Shown in pieces: positions 1-12,540 of a stretch of 64,000 nucleotides of DNA. The number at the start of each line of letters is the position of its first letter. Within the stretch, counting starts at the first letter, position 1. The notes below the pieces were generated by a model that made no database searches, was not told the DNA's origin, and was given only the letters and a program-made list of their open reading frames with translations. Both the position numbers and the translations under genes were made by a program. Source of the stretch: Monocercomonoides exilis PA203 (Eukaryota; Protista; Preaxostyla); assembly GCA_001643675.2 (NCBI GenBank), contig LSRY02000035.1:310001-374000 (forward strand), written 5' to 3'.

Positions 1-416
1 ATTGCAATTTTGCGTATGTTCCTTGAAATTTTTTGTGCGGATTATTTTTTGTCAACTTATTCAAATATTCAGATGTCATTATCATTTGTCAACTCTTCGA
101 GATAGTTTGTCTCAAGATATTCATCCAATACCAACTGAAGGATTTTTCCTGAAAGCAGTATGCCCTCATTACGCATTTGAAGCTCTCGCGTGGTATGGCT
201 TCAATATGGTATGGAATTTTGATGAATCTTTGAAGCATCCTAATATATATTTTTGATTTTTTTTAGATGACATTTACTTTCATTGGTGTTGTTTTCAATA
301 TTATCGGAGTTATGAGGATGCATCACCTTGCAAGAAAGCGTCACAACAGATATCTTGCTGAACATCCAAGCTATCCTTCTAACATTCCTCTGATGTTTTT
401 TTCTATCTTAAACTGA
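1..416 (+). CDS. 3' part of a steroid 5-alpha-reductase / very-long-chain enoyl-CoA reductase (TECR)-like gene; truncated by the window start
   Basis: CHYHLSTLR...IPTEGFFLKAVCPHYAFEALAWYGF matches the Steroid_dh C-terminal motif (H..L..LR...IP.G.F..V.CP.Y..E...W.GF). A phase-0 intron from ~209 to ~267 joins it to MTFTFIG...ARKRHNRYLAEHPSYP...LN*. Confidence 0.8.
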
Positions 417-866
417 ATTTATTCGTATTTCATGTAAAATTAAAAGTGAACAAATTCTCGTTTCTGTTGTTTTATTCATTTCTTTGTTTTATTTTATTTA
501 CAATTTTTTATGAAATTTTTTCAACGAATTTTTTTTTTCGAGCGTAATTGTTAAAAAGAAGAAAATAGCAAAAAAGGGAATACGAAATAGAAAAACATAA
601 CAAACAAAATCTATCATGAATCCTTGCATACAAGATATTATTGAAGAATATCACATTTTAAAAAAAGAAATGAAAAAATAAAAATTTAAGTAGAACCTGA
701 AATTTTTGAAAATTAAAAACACAAAACAAACAAAACGATTGATCAACAGAAGAGCAAAAAGCCAATATTATCGTGAATAAATATGTTATTGTTTAAACTT
801 TCTCTAAGTTTCAATCTATTCATATCAGAAAAATAAAAATAAAATATAATAAAATAAAAATCTTTA

Positions 867-3800
867 CTAAACATGTTTCAACACATATTCTACCAGCCCA
901 TTCCCATTCTTAATTTCGCCTTTGTGCTGAGTGCAAAACGACAAAATGGCATTAAACAGTTCGCCCACAGTCACAAACGCTGGATTTGGAGAAGGGGCGC
1001 TTGAAAAGTCTGCAGATGTCTTTGCTGAAGAAGAAGGATGCATCAAGTCAGACCTCCGGCGGAACACTTTTTCTCCGTCAACAAACATCGAAAATGAATT
1101 ACGCTCATCTCCTGCATCTTTAACTGATTTTTCTTTTCCTTCTCCTTTTTCTTCTCCTCCTTTTTCTTCTCCATTTTCTCCTTCTGCTTTTTCTTCTTCT
1201 TTATCCTCTCCTCTTTCAAGCACAATCCTCGTAAGCAGACGGACAACTGTCTCGACAAAATTCTCTTCTCCCATCGCTGAGTACCTCATCTCCTCCACTC
1301 CACATTCAGACGCTGCAAGCCATTGGATCAGGAACTTCAGTATTTTGTCTCCGTTGAAGGCCCCACAGCCCCAATGGCCCGTGGCTACAAAGGGAGAAGG
1401 AGAGTCAGCTGCAAACGAAAATGCAGTGAAGGCCTTGGAAATGTGCGGTGGTTCAAAATGAATGGAAATATTAATATATTTACATATTTGTTGATAAAAA
1501 GGAAGAATTAATGCATGAAAGAAATTATCAGTTGAGAGAAGTTAAAAAGGAAGAAGAAAAGAGGGGATAAACAAAAATATTAAGGGGGAAAAAAAGCAAT
1601 TTTTTTTGGAACGTTCAGAAAAAATGATTTGAAAAAAAGGCAGCAAGCAAAAAAAGCACACTTTGTTAAGTTCCCTAACGATTGATTTGTTTGACCACTG
1701 GTTAATCTCAATATCATCGTCAATAAAATTATGAGGGAAATGCACAGCATCCATTGCAATCACACGATGAGGGAGGATTGAATCTTTGTCTCTATAAAAA
1801 GAGCATAGACGAGAAGAGGGAAAAAAAGGGAAGAAAAAGGTTTAGTTTGATGAGAAAGAGAAAAAAATTAAAAATAATTGAAATTGAAATTCAATAAATA
1901 TCAATACAAAAAGATGCTCTCCAATCAAAATTCAAAAAAGTTAAAGAAAAAACTAATAAATTAACAATATGAATCGATTTCATGGGGAAAAAAAACAATC
2001 AACCTTCATTTTCTTTTCAAGAAATTTCTCTTTCTCTTTCTCTCTCTTTATCACACAGTTGCATTTCCTCTGGCGAGCTCTCATGATTTCCCGCAAATCT
2101 GAATGAAAAGCCATAGCCCTCATAATCTGACACTCTTTCTGCTCCTTCAATCAGAATAGCTTCGTTAGGCTCCATTTCTGAACAGAACATCATTGGAATG
2201 AGCAGCTCTGGCGAAATCGTAAACATTATCTCCTCTTGCACACATCCCTAATGAGAGTGGTGTTTTAAATTGGGTGAAGGAAGGAAAAAGGCGGATTATG
2301 AATAAAGAATTGAAAGATTCAAAATTCATCAATGTGAAAAATAATGAAATAATTACAAAAAAAATGAAAAACGGAAAAAATAAATCGTCCATAAATATTT
2401 GAAAGATATAAAAAATAAGCTCATCATATCAGACACAAAATAGAAGTATAGTCCACTTCAATGGATTGTACAAAACACTAAACATTCAACCACCAATCAT
2501 TTCTTCCTCTTTCTCTCTCTCTCTCTCTCTCTCTCTTTATCTTTATCTTTATCTTTCTATCTCTATCTCTATCTCTATCTCTATCTCTCTATCTCTCTAT
2601 CTCTCTATCTCTCTATCTCTCTATCTCTCTATCTCTCTATCTCTCTATCTCTCTATCTCTCTATCTCTTTCTTTCTTTCTTTCTTTCCCTTTCTCTCTCT
2701 CTCTCTCTCTTTCTCAGTAAAAAAAACACACATGGTGAAGAACACCTCCTCCGAGGAACTTATTCGCAAAGTCCGCCTTGAAGAACTCCGGAGGCGAGTC
2801 TTCCACTTTCGCAGTCGGAGCAATGCACACATGGCACAGCCGTTTTTGGCTCCTTTTCCACTGCGGCGGCGCTAAGAGAGCGCGGCGCGTTACACGGATT
2901 TTGCCTGGAAGCGCTCGAGACAGCAGAGAAGGCTTGAGAGACTCGAAGTTTGGTGTGAGAGAAGAGGATGAAGAGGAAGAAGAGGAAGAAGACGATGATG
3001 ATGATATTTCTGGCGATGTAGAAGAAGGAGAAGGAGAAAGAGAGGAAGGCGTTGACGAAGAAGTAGCAGAAGCAGCAGCAAAAGCAGCTGGATGAGACAA
3101 TTCTGTGATTCTTTTGTGAAGAAGCGCAAAGAAATGGAAGAACGAGCGAAACTTAGCTCCAATTGAAACACTGCACTTTGAAGGGACAGTAACATTTGGG
3201 TGAAACGGTAGAATAGCCTCTATTTCATCTGGAGTAAGGCTTTCTCCTCTTTTCTCCTTCTCCTCCTTCTCCTTCCCCTTCTCCTTCTTCGCATCATCTT
3301 TCAATGCATCCTCCACCAGGAACAGAAAGTCGTCCTTTATGAACTCCGGCTGCTTCTTACAGGTGTCTTTCACCTGCTTATACCGCGCCAAGAGCTGCTT
3401 CGCTGTGAACTCTCTCCATCCTCTCTCGCGCAGCATTTCTGGACTTTGTGCCCGCCTTCCATAAATGGGGAGATTTGACGGCTGCATCCAGTTGATGATG
3501 TTGAACGAGGGCAGAGACTCAAACGAAAGGAACATGCGCCCGGGATACATGCCAAAGAACAGCTGAGATAAAAACGAAGCACCCAACGCTCGCGGAAACG
3601 TAAAAGATGTGTCTGCTATTACTTGTATTTGTGGATTTTCAGCAGAAAATTCTGAAGCTTTTTTCAAAACGTCTGATGGAAATTTACCAAGGATAGGAAT
3701 GGACGTCAATCTTAATGTTTTCCCATTGCTTTTGCACATGTGAAATGGTAAGTACTGCATTGGTACAAAAGGAAAATGCAAAGTTTGTGAAGTTTCAGGC

Positions 3801-4305
3801 TGTTTTCCCGTTTCCCATTGCTCTTTTGTTAAGCATTTGGCATTCCAAGGCTTGTAAACGCATGACGCGCTAAAAAAAACCATAATGGAAGGAAATTGAT
3901 GTGCAAGATGTTGCAGTAAAGGTAAAATTAAGTGCCGAACGATGTTTTCCTCTTCACATGAGCAATGTGTTTCCAAAAACGAAGCAAATCCTTCCGTGAC
4001 TGCAGAATTTTTTGACTTGTCTCTTGCGGTTATTCCGCATAATTCGCAATATAAGTTCTATTCCAAATAAAATACAAAAAAGGTTATAATTTGTTGAAAA
4101 TGCCTTTATTGAATAAACAAACACTAAAAGACTCGTTTGAAGAAATATCTTGCTTTAATATTGAAGAAAATTCTTCCCATGTTTTAAATATATTAAGAGT
4201 TTTCAAAGGAGCCATTGTTAAAAGAGGAACAATTTGAGGCTGTGCAACTGCAAGTTTTTTCAGTAATTTACAAAAATCTTGAAAACTTTTTGTTGAATCA
4301 GCCAT
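867..4305 (-). CDS. PARG: Poly(ADP-ribose) glycohydrolase, about 5 exons
   Basis: Splicing gives ADFANKFLGGGVLHH|GCVQEEIMFTISPEL, the GGG-x-QEE catalytic motif. Also present: YEGYG (tyrosine clasp), IAMDA, RELNK|AFTAF and VATGHWGCGAFNGD. GT/AG junctions keep frame. Confidence 0.93.
2505..2715. repeat. Compound (CT)n/(CTAT)n/(CTCTAT)n microsatellite in a PARG intron
   Basis: Directly visible. Lies in the intron that splits the GGG...QEE motif. Confidence 0.95.
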
Positions 4306-4913
4306 TTTTTATCTTTGAAAATGTTTTAAATTTGAAATATGTTTAATTTTGTTATTATTTTTGAAAATAGGAAAAGCAAACACGTTCAGCTTTGAAATTG
4401 ATGATTAAAAATTGTTATGGTGCATTTTGGGTTATTCATTTTTTTGTTTGATTATACGCATATAATTTTTATTAAAATGATAGCACGTTGACAAATAACT
4501 GAATGCTCCTAAAATAAGTTGAAAAAGATAAACAAAAAATGATAATTGATTTATGTGTTACAAATTATTTTGAAATACTTTGATAAATTGTATATTCCTT
4601 GTGTGAACTCAAATTCATAATTAAAAATATCAATTTTTACCTTTTGGTTATGATTTTTAAATAAATGGTGAGAGTATTTTCAATGTTTAATATTTTAATA
4701 ATTTTTTAATTTCCTATGGCAAAAAAAAGATAATTGAATGAATTGAAATTTTTAAAATGATTGCAAAATGAATTAGAAAAATAGTTTAATTCTAAAATGG
4801 AATTGTTTCGATGATATTAGAACAATGAGATAAGCCAATCAATTATCATCATCTTACCATTAAAAGAGAGGCTGTAGAGATAAAATATTAAAATTCGCAC
4901 AAGAAACGCTTTA

Positions 4914-5513
4914 TTACCACATTCCCATTCCTCCGCCATAGCCACCATATCCTCCAAGTCCACCTGCACCTCCATAACCTCCATATCTTCCTCCTCCAAA
5001 TCCTTCATTTCCTCCATATCCTCCACCACCATATCTTCCAAATCCTCCTTGCCCGTAATTGCTTCCACCACCGCTCGTGTATGATGTGGTCTGGGTAAAT
5101 GAAGTTCCACCTCCTTGAGCACCGCCACATGCACCAGCACCTCCTCCTCCGTATCCAAGTCCGCCATAACCTCCATATCCCCCTGCTCCTCCTCCACCGT
5201 AGCCACCTCCTGCACCATAATTTCCATAGCCGCCCATTCCCCCCATTCCTCCATATCCACCAAATCCTGGATAAAAACCATATCCTCCATAAGGACCCAT
5301 CATGCCGCATCCCATTCCACAACCACCAAACCCTGGATAGCCAAAACCGTAACATAAAGCATCTTTCATTTAAAATATAAACGTATAGTTGCGTATGAAG
5401 CATTTAACAAAATTAAGCAAACCACAAAGCGGGGCATTTCCATCTTCCGAATCGCATTCAGAATCGTCAGCTAAAATAAAGCCAACTAAAATTGATACAA
5501 GCAAATATGTCAT
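4914..5513 (-). CDS. Secreted Gly/Tyr-rich protein (GGYG/GGFG repeats), 2 exons
   Basis: Exon 1 reads MTYLLVSILVGFILA-DDSECDSEDGNAPLC and resembles a signal peptide. A phase-1 intron (gtttgc...tgaaag) joins it in frame to the 4914..5369 Gly-rich ORF. Confidence 0.8.
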
Positions 5514-5869
5514 GTGACAATAATGGCGTTTGATTCAATCCAGTAAAACATATGACAAGATTGTGAAACAGTCATTAAAATCTACAGTAATTCTCATTTT
5601 TTAATGTTGGGTGGCAAAATTAGGTTAATTTTTTTTTATTTCATTAGATTTTAACATATGAATTCATTCGTTAAAATATATATTGCATATCTTTAAATTA
5701 TATTTAAAACTAATGATATTAATTGTGCCCCAATTATTAATTGTTTTAAGAAAAAAAACATATTTTTTTGAATAAATTTTCAATAAACAAAATGAAAGGA
5801 AGTGGGTGATTATTTTTGAAATCATATTTTTTCATACAAAAATTTCGGTGCAAAAAATTTTTTTGAATA

Positions 5870-6266
5870 CAGATATCGCATAAAATACCGGACATCGCAC
5901 AAAATACCGGACAAGATCGATATCTCAATTACCGCAAGAAGAAAAATTCTGACAAATTTCCTCAAAATATATCTCATTAACGCAAACTCATTTGGCATAT
6001 CAAACTTCCATTTTCATGAAGACTGAATAAAGAAAAAATAATTATTTGAAATTTCGGAGAAATAGGATTTTGAATTTCTCCGAGATTTCGATATTTATTT
6101 TTTCTGAGCACAAATGAGGCTATTTTAAAAGTCTCGTGTATCAATTGAGTTTGTATTGATGAGATATATTTTGAGGAAATTTGTCAGAATTTTTCTTCTT
6201 GCGGTAATTGAGATATCGATCTTGTCCTGTATTTTGTGCGATGTCCGGTATTTTATGCGATATCTG
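5870..6266. mobile_element. MITE, Tc1/mariner-like, ~140-bp TIRs, TA TSD
   Basis: CAGATATCGCATAAAATACCGGACATCG... at 5870 is the reverse complement of ...CGATGTCCGGTATTTTATGCGATATCTG ending at 6266. TA flanks both sides. No ORF. Confidence 0.85.
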
Positions 6267-6499
6267 TAATAATTTTTCATTCAAATTAATAATTTTTGCA
6301 TTCGAAATGAAAATATCTTATGTTTTCATATGAATAATGATTATATGAAATTATTAAAATTTATGTCAGAAGATTAAAAATTTCAAAAATTTTTCTTTCG
6401 TACAAAAAAATTATGGCAACACAAAATCACTTCCGATTCAAAAGTGGAAAACTGATTTTCACAAAATTTCGTGAGAGTGCGAATAAATTTTTGTTAGGT

Positions 6500-6680
6500 T
6501 TTCAACAATTATTATTTCGAATTCAAAAATTATTATTTCGTTTGAAAAATTCATTAATTTGTTTGCAAAATTTCTATTTTGAACGCAAAAGTTCTCATTT
6601 TGTTCGCAAAATTATTATTTTGAATGCATATTTTATATTTCTGAATGCAAAATTTCTCATTTTGAATAATTTTCGGTGTA
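6500..6680. repeat. Degenerate ~21-bp tandem array ending in a transposon-like terminus
   Basis: About 8 units like AAAATTATTATTTTGAATGC, ending ...GAATAATTTTCGGTGTA. The reverse complement (CACCGAAAATTATTCAAA) resembles the end of the 8016 element. Confidence 0.5.
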
Positions 6681-6794
6681 ACTATCTTTGAAAAATAAGC
6701 ACCCAGAAAAAAGATATGATTTCAATAATAATCACCAAAGTTTTGTTATTTCATAGCAGTTATTGTTTATGATTGAATCAAAATATTTCAACAT

Positions 6795-7034
6795 GGGTAA
6801 TTCTTTTTGAAAAGTCGCAAATGTTTAATTTTCAAATAAATCAAAAATTTCATTTTTTGCACAAATTTCTGTTAACTAATATCAAACTTCACTTCAATCA
6901 AATCTATTCATTGATAATGCTATTTCAAACATTCTTGAGGAGATTTGTGAGCTGAAACAGAAATTTGAGCAAAATATGAAATTTTTGATTTATTTGAAAA
7001 TTAAACATTTGCAATTTTTCAAAAAGAATTACCC
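6795..7034. mobile_element. 240-bp MITE, copy 1 (GGG...CCC termini, ~80-bp TIR, 4-bp TSD ACAT); Sola-like
   Basis: GGGTAATTCTTTTTGAAAAG...TTCAAAAAGAATTACCC flanked by ACAT at 6791-6794 and 7035-7038. A homologous copy is at 54156. Confidence 0.88.
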
Positions 7035-8015
7035 ACATGTGAAAATTTTTTATTATAATTTTGTTATTGTTTCGAATTTGAAAAGTCTATATTAAATGGA
7101 TAGCAAATACGATGCAAATTTTTCGCATTTAAAAAAAAAGAAGAAGAAAAAGAAAAAGATAAGAAAAAGATTTGAAAAAAGAAAAGAAAAGAAAGAAAGA
7201 AAAGAAAGTGAAGAAGTATTACAAGAATTTGGGGGAAAATTTGTCACTTAAAGCTTTTTCATTGAAAAAGAATGTACTTTTTATTGTCTTTTTTTGATCA
7301 TAAAATACAAGCAATTATTTTTTTCTTATTGTAATATTTGTGGTGTCACAATACATAATGTTGTCATATCGTTGAAGCCTGTTCGCAATTATAAAAATCC
7401 AATTAATTTTGTAATCTGAGAGGGTTTTCAAAAGTTATGAGTGAAACTTTTATTTTGTCCTTTGTGTAGAAAAAGCATGAAAGTTCGTATTTTCCCCCAT
7501 ATTTATTAAAAAATATAAAACACAAAATGCAAAAAAGTGAATTCGTTTTATGAATAACACAAAAAATACAAAAATATTACTATTTATTCATCAAATAGTT
7601 GATCATTTTTCAACTCACACTTTCCTCCAAAACTGATTTTTTTTTTCTGTTAGGAAATCTTTGAGAAATGATGGCTGGAATGAATGGAAAAGAAAAAGAA
7701 AAGAAAATATAAGGATTAACAACAAAATTGCGTTTGATAGAAAGAGAACTTCTTTATGAAATTATTGACTTTTTTTGAAAAATCTATCAAAGCAATTTTT
7801 CAATTTGCTGTGCATTTAAATCACACTTAAAATGTTCATGAAGTGTGATTAAAAAAAAAAGATTTTTTTTATCTGTGGGATTAAACAAACTTTGTTCACA
7901 TGAGTTATTCTAATAGAAATATTGCAAATGTTTTGTTTTCAAATGAAATAAAAATAAAACATAACGTTCATATTTCTAATCGCTTTAATGAAACTTGTAA
8001 TTAAAGGATCAATCA

Positions 8016-8783
8016 CACCATTTATTATTCAAATTTGGTAAACTAATTATTCAAAATTGGTCAATTAATTATTCAAAATTAATAAAATTGAGTATTTTTT
8101 AAAAAATATTTTTTTTTGTGAAAAATTAGTTTTTGGCTGAATATCAGAAAATATAGAAAATATTATATTCACTCAATTTTCGAAATATAGATGAGAATTT
8201 GAACCCAGATTTTTATTATTTGTGAATAAACATGAAATTTTCTGATTTTTTAGAAAAAAAATCATCATCATAGAAATAGGATAATTGTTGAATTACTTCA
8301 CCTCACATCGATAAACAATGTATAATTCAACCAAGAAAAGTTTCATAAATAAAAGTTTATTCAGATAAACAATAAAAAACAAATAAAGAATTCTGAAAGT
8401 GCATTCATGGATTTATTCAGTTCTGAAAAATATTTGTATTCAGTTTGTATCATTGATGCAAACGACTTTTCTTGGTTGAATAATGCATTATTTATCGATT
8501 TGAGGTGAAATAATTCAACAATTATCCTATTTCTATGATGATGATTTTTTTTCTAAAAAATCAGAAAATTTCATGTTTATTCACAAATAATAAAAATCTG
8601 GGTTCAAATTCTCATCTATATTTCGAAAATTGAGTGAATATAATATTTTCTATATTTTCTGATATTCAGCCAAAAACTAATTTTTCACAAAAAAATATAA
8701 AAAATACTCAATTTTATTAATTTTGAATAATTAATTGACCAATTTTGAATAATTAGTTTACCAAATTTGAATAATAAATGGTG
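8016..8783. mobile_element. Foldback/MITE element with ~325-bp near-perfect TIRs
   Basis: CACCATTTATTATTCAAATTTGG... pairs with ...CCAAATTTGAATAATAAATGGTG. Arms are about 8016-8342 and 8461-8783, with subterminal ATTATTCAAA repeats. Flanks are CA and TA, possibly a mutated TA TSD. Confidence 0.88.
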
Positions 8784-9111
8784 TAATAATTTTATTTTGA
8801 AATATTATTATCGATATTTTTGAAGTGAATTATATTTATTTTTCATTGTTTTTATCACATTCTCAAAGATCAAATATTAATCATATTTTCTTTATTATTT
8901 TTTTAACAGAAACAAATGTGTTTTTATTTCGTTCAAAAAATATTTGATTTAATTATTTGTATTTATTGGATTTACATGTTGTAAATTCTTTTCATCAATA
9001 AATAAATTTCACATTTACCTTCTTTGAACTTTAAAATTTCAAACAAACTTTTCATTTGGTGGATTCCTGGATAAAATTTTTATGTTTCGATCTTATTGAT
9101 CCATTATAAAA

Positions 9112-9954
9112 ATGTTGACAAATCAATTATTTTTATTATTGCTTTTAGGAGTTAAAAGCTTTTTATTCGAGATGGGAGAAAAAGACCCTGCAGTATTTTA
9201 TGAATTTGCAAGAAAAGGGGATGTAATTTCTGTAAATTTTATCGTTGTTAAAGGAAGAACGGGATCGGTTGATGTTTCTGTATGATTAATCATTATATAC
9301 ATATTTCTGGTGGTTTATTTTGTTTTGATCAATGATTAATGATAAACAGATATTGGATCCAACAGGAAATCCTATATTATTCGTTGAAGGAAAAGACGAA
9401 CATTTTACAATTCAAGCCCAGATGGATGGAGATTATTGTTTTCGATTTACAATCAATTCTCATTTCACTTCAACGGTTGTTAGCTATTCGTCGTCAATTG
9501 GACAGTTAGTCCGTCAAACTGATCATAGTGTGCCTTATTCAAATATATCTCAGAATTACCATTCATTATACATATTAAAGAACTAGAAAAACATTCAAAT
9601 TACACAAAAGAAGAACAATTAGAAAACCTTATATCAGACATCAACGAGATTATTAACAATCAAGAAATAATCCATGTGAAGGCAAGGGCACATAGAGAAA
9701 GTATTTTCATTTATATTCTTGAAACTCAAAGAAACTTTTTAAATTTATTCTTAGTGAATCAAAAAAATAGATCAAAATATATGCTTTGGGCAACTGTACT
9801 GTTCGCTTCGTTAATTGCCGTGAAAATTTATCAAATTGGTTCAATAAGCAGATTATTTTGGAAAAGAGTTTGCAAAATAGAAATTTATAAAAAAAATCCG
9901 TTTTTAAAATTATTATCGCATGTTTCTACATATTTTTAGGAGACAAAAATATAG
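9112..9954 (+). CDS. p24/emp24/GOLD family cargo receptor (TMED-like), about 5 exons
   Basis: Signal peptide (MLTNQLFLLLLLGVKS), a GOLD-like stretch (FYE...ILDPTG...AQMDGDYCFRF), a coiled coil, then a C-terminal TM segment ending YQIGSISRLFWKR|ETKI*. Confidence 0.85.
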
Positions 9955-10330
9955 CACTCAGTTGGATTGCTACATGATTATTTCGTCACGCTTCAAAAAC
10001 ATCTCATTATTTAAGCTCTCTCATCATCATCATTCCAAACAGAATTCCGAGTTGGATAGTTGTTTTCAAAGTGCGTATTTTGACACTGGCTAATAGCGGT
10101 TGACTGGATTTTGGGAAAATCAACGAAAAAAGAAAAAACGTGCAGATGTTCCGTAACGCAAGTTATTTCAAAAAATGGCGAAGTGTGAACAATGAAAAGT
10201 TATAAAAAAAGGAAAAATAGATGTAGTGCTCAATGAAACGATTATTGAAAAAAACAGAAACAGGTCGATGATAATGAAAGTATTTGAACATTTACATGCT
10301 TTTGAAAACGAATGGATCAAATTGAAGATT

Positions 10331-11342
10331 TTAGTCTTCCAATCTTCTTCCTTCACCCCATTCGATATCCTTGTTACTTCTTCCTGTAGATGTGCCTTCC
10401 GATGGCCCATTTCCAAACGTATTGCGAAGTCTATCTCCCCAAGTTCTTTGAGCAGGTCTTTGATTAAATGGAAGAGGGCGAGGATCAGGACTTTTAAATA
10501 ATAATGAAACAATGCATTTGAAGAAGTAAAATTTATTTATTTAATAATTATGGACATCACAAATATATTAAAAAAATAAATGTTGTCAAACTTTATAAAT
10601 GCAAGGAGATCTGGTCCACCAAATTGAGCACTTGGAACAACAAACATTAGGAAATAGAATGTATGACCCACAATAAAGATGATTAATGCTTCTATAATGT
10701 GTATAGATTGAAATAGAACTTGTACCAATATCATAACATAAGGAAATATCACAGTTGGTATTGGAATAATCCCAAAAAATAGAGTTTGGCTATTCGCATT
10801 TTTTGGATGGCGTGAAACAAGATAAGAAAGCGAGTAAAGGAATATGTGTGAAGGAAAATACACTCTGTGCCAAGGAGAAAGAAGAGAAGAAATGACCTTT
10901 AACAAACGCAACAAAACTCATTAAAAATTAAAAAGAAAGCGACTGCACACTAAAATAGCTCCCCAGAAAGTGAGAATAAGATACACAAAATTTTTAGTTC
11001 TTCCTTGAAACATATTTCCTTCTAAATCATTCATATACATGTATCTTAAAGTCAAAAACAAATATTATTCGGAGTAAAATTTTCAAATTAATAATCTAGC
11101 AATAAAGCATACACGCTAAAAAGTGTCATTATAAGGCTCCATGCATCTTTTCCGAAATAAAAAAATGGTGTAACGAGCCTCCATATCTGAAACCTTTCCC
11201 AAATCAAAGATGGTATAAATGCGATTTGAAGTGGAGAAATCATTCCCCAAATTATTCCAATCGTCGTGCAAACGCACGCAACCAAATAAAATAATGTTAA
11301 AGGAGGTATATTTTGAAGTCTGGCAAGTGGATTTGCATCCAT
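10331..11342 (-). CDS. Derlin (Der1-like ERAD membrane protein)
   Basis: Motifs NIPPLT, FQIWRLVTPFFYFG, LEGNMFQGRTKNFVYL, FFGIIPIP..FPYV and VGHTFYFL. The last exon ends WGEGRRLED*, an SHP-box-like p97-binding motif. Confidence 0.92.
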
Positions 11343-11411
11343 GTTTAGAGAAATAATCTTTAAAATAACAATTGTGGGCCAATAGTAAATTATTTTACTT
11401 AAAAGATCAAA
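11343..11411. promoter_or_regulatory. Putative compact bidirectional promoter (Derlin / ARL)
   Basis: Only 69 bp separate the divergent ATGs at 11342 (-) and 11412 (+). Contains CCAAT at ~11379. Confidence 0.5.
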
Positions 11412-12270
11412 ATGGTATGATACTTTTACTTTTTTGGCTTTTTAACGTAATAATTCACATTAAAAATACTTTTACAATATCATTTATTTTTTACACTAAA
11501 ATATTTACGAATATCATTATTTTTATAGGGTTGTACGACAAGTTCTGATGTTGATTTGAAACGATACATTCTATTTTGTGGCTTGGATAATGCTGGGAAA
11601 ACAACCATTCTGAATCGAATTCAAAACCATATTGCTCATGTGTCAACAGATTCAACTCCAGGGCAGTCAAACGATCCAACTGCTCGAGATTTCGGTGAAG
11701 CAGCTGCTGAAGAAATGGAATCAGTTCCTACCATTGGAATTGAGACAGCAACAATTACACTTGGGGAGACTACTGTAAATGTTTTAGATTTTTCAGGTCG
11801 AAAGCAGTTTAGGATTCATTGGAAAACGTTTGTAAAAGCATTTTTCAAAAGATTATGAAATAAATTTATTTTTTTAAATAGATTTGAAGAGCAAACTGAT
11901 TTAATTGTTTTTGTTGTTGATCTCAGCGATCCAGGAAGGCTTGAAGAAGCAAAAGAAACTCTTCACGAACACATTTTGAGCAACCCCAAACTTAATCATT
12001 GCCCTTTACTCATTGTTGGAAACAAAAATGATATTGAAGGAGCAGCACAACTTCCAGAATTGGTATCATCGCTGTTTGGGGAAGCAATGAAAGGAAGAGG
12101 TTTCTCTTTGATTTCGATTTTTTTAAAAAAATAAGCTTTTTGATAATATTTATTTATTAAAATTAAAAAACACATTTTTTATTGTAGCTTACCACATATT
12201 ATCAACAAGTGCAAAGACCGGTGAAGGACTTCGTGAATTGATAGAATGGTTTTTGAAAAAGCAAGTATAG
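11412..12270 (+). CDS. Arf-like small GTPase, ARL6/BBS3-like, 4 exons
   Basis: ATG|gtatga...tatag|GGT TGT gives an MGCTTSS start. G1 GLDNAGKT, switch I PTIG, G3 DFSGR, G4 GNKND and G5 TSAKTGEGL are present. DxSG is typical of ARL6. Confidence 0.88.
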
Positions 12271-12540
12271 CTCTTTTGATTAAATGAGAACTTACACATC
12301 ACAAACTTCAATTATTTCATATTACTCTCGAAAGATTTTAATCATTATAAAAATTTATCACAAAGTTTTATTTTTTTATTCATTTTGCGAAATGCATTAT
12401 GATGTTTTGTGTTTGCTATTTTTGTTTATTGTTTCAATTTTGATTCTTCTTATTATTTTTTTGTTTGGCATTTCACATATTTTATTATCAAAAAAGTATT
12501 GATCACATAATTTATTTGTATAATTTTTGAACTTTTTTTC

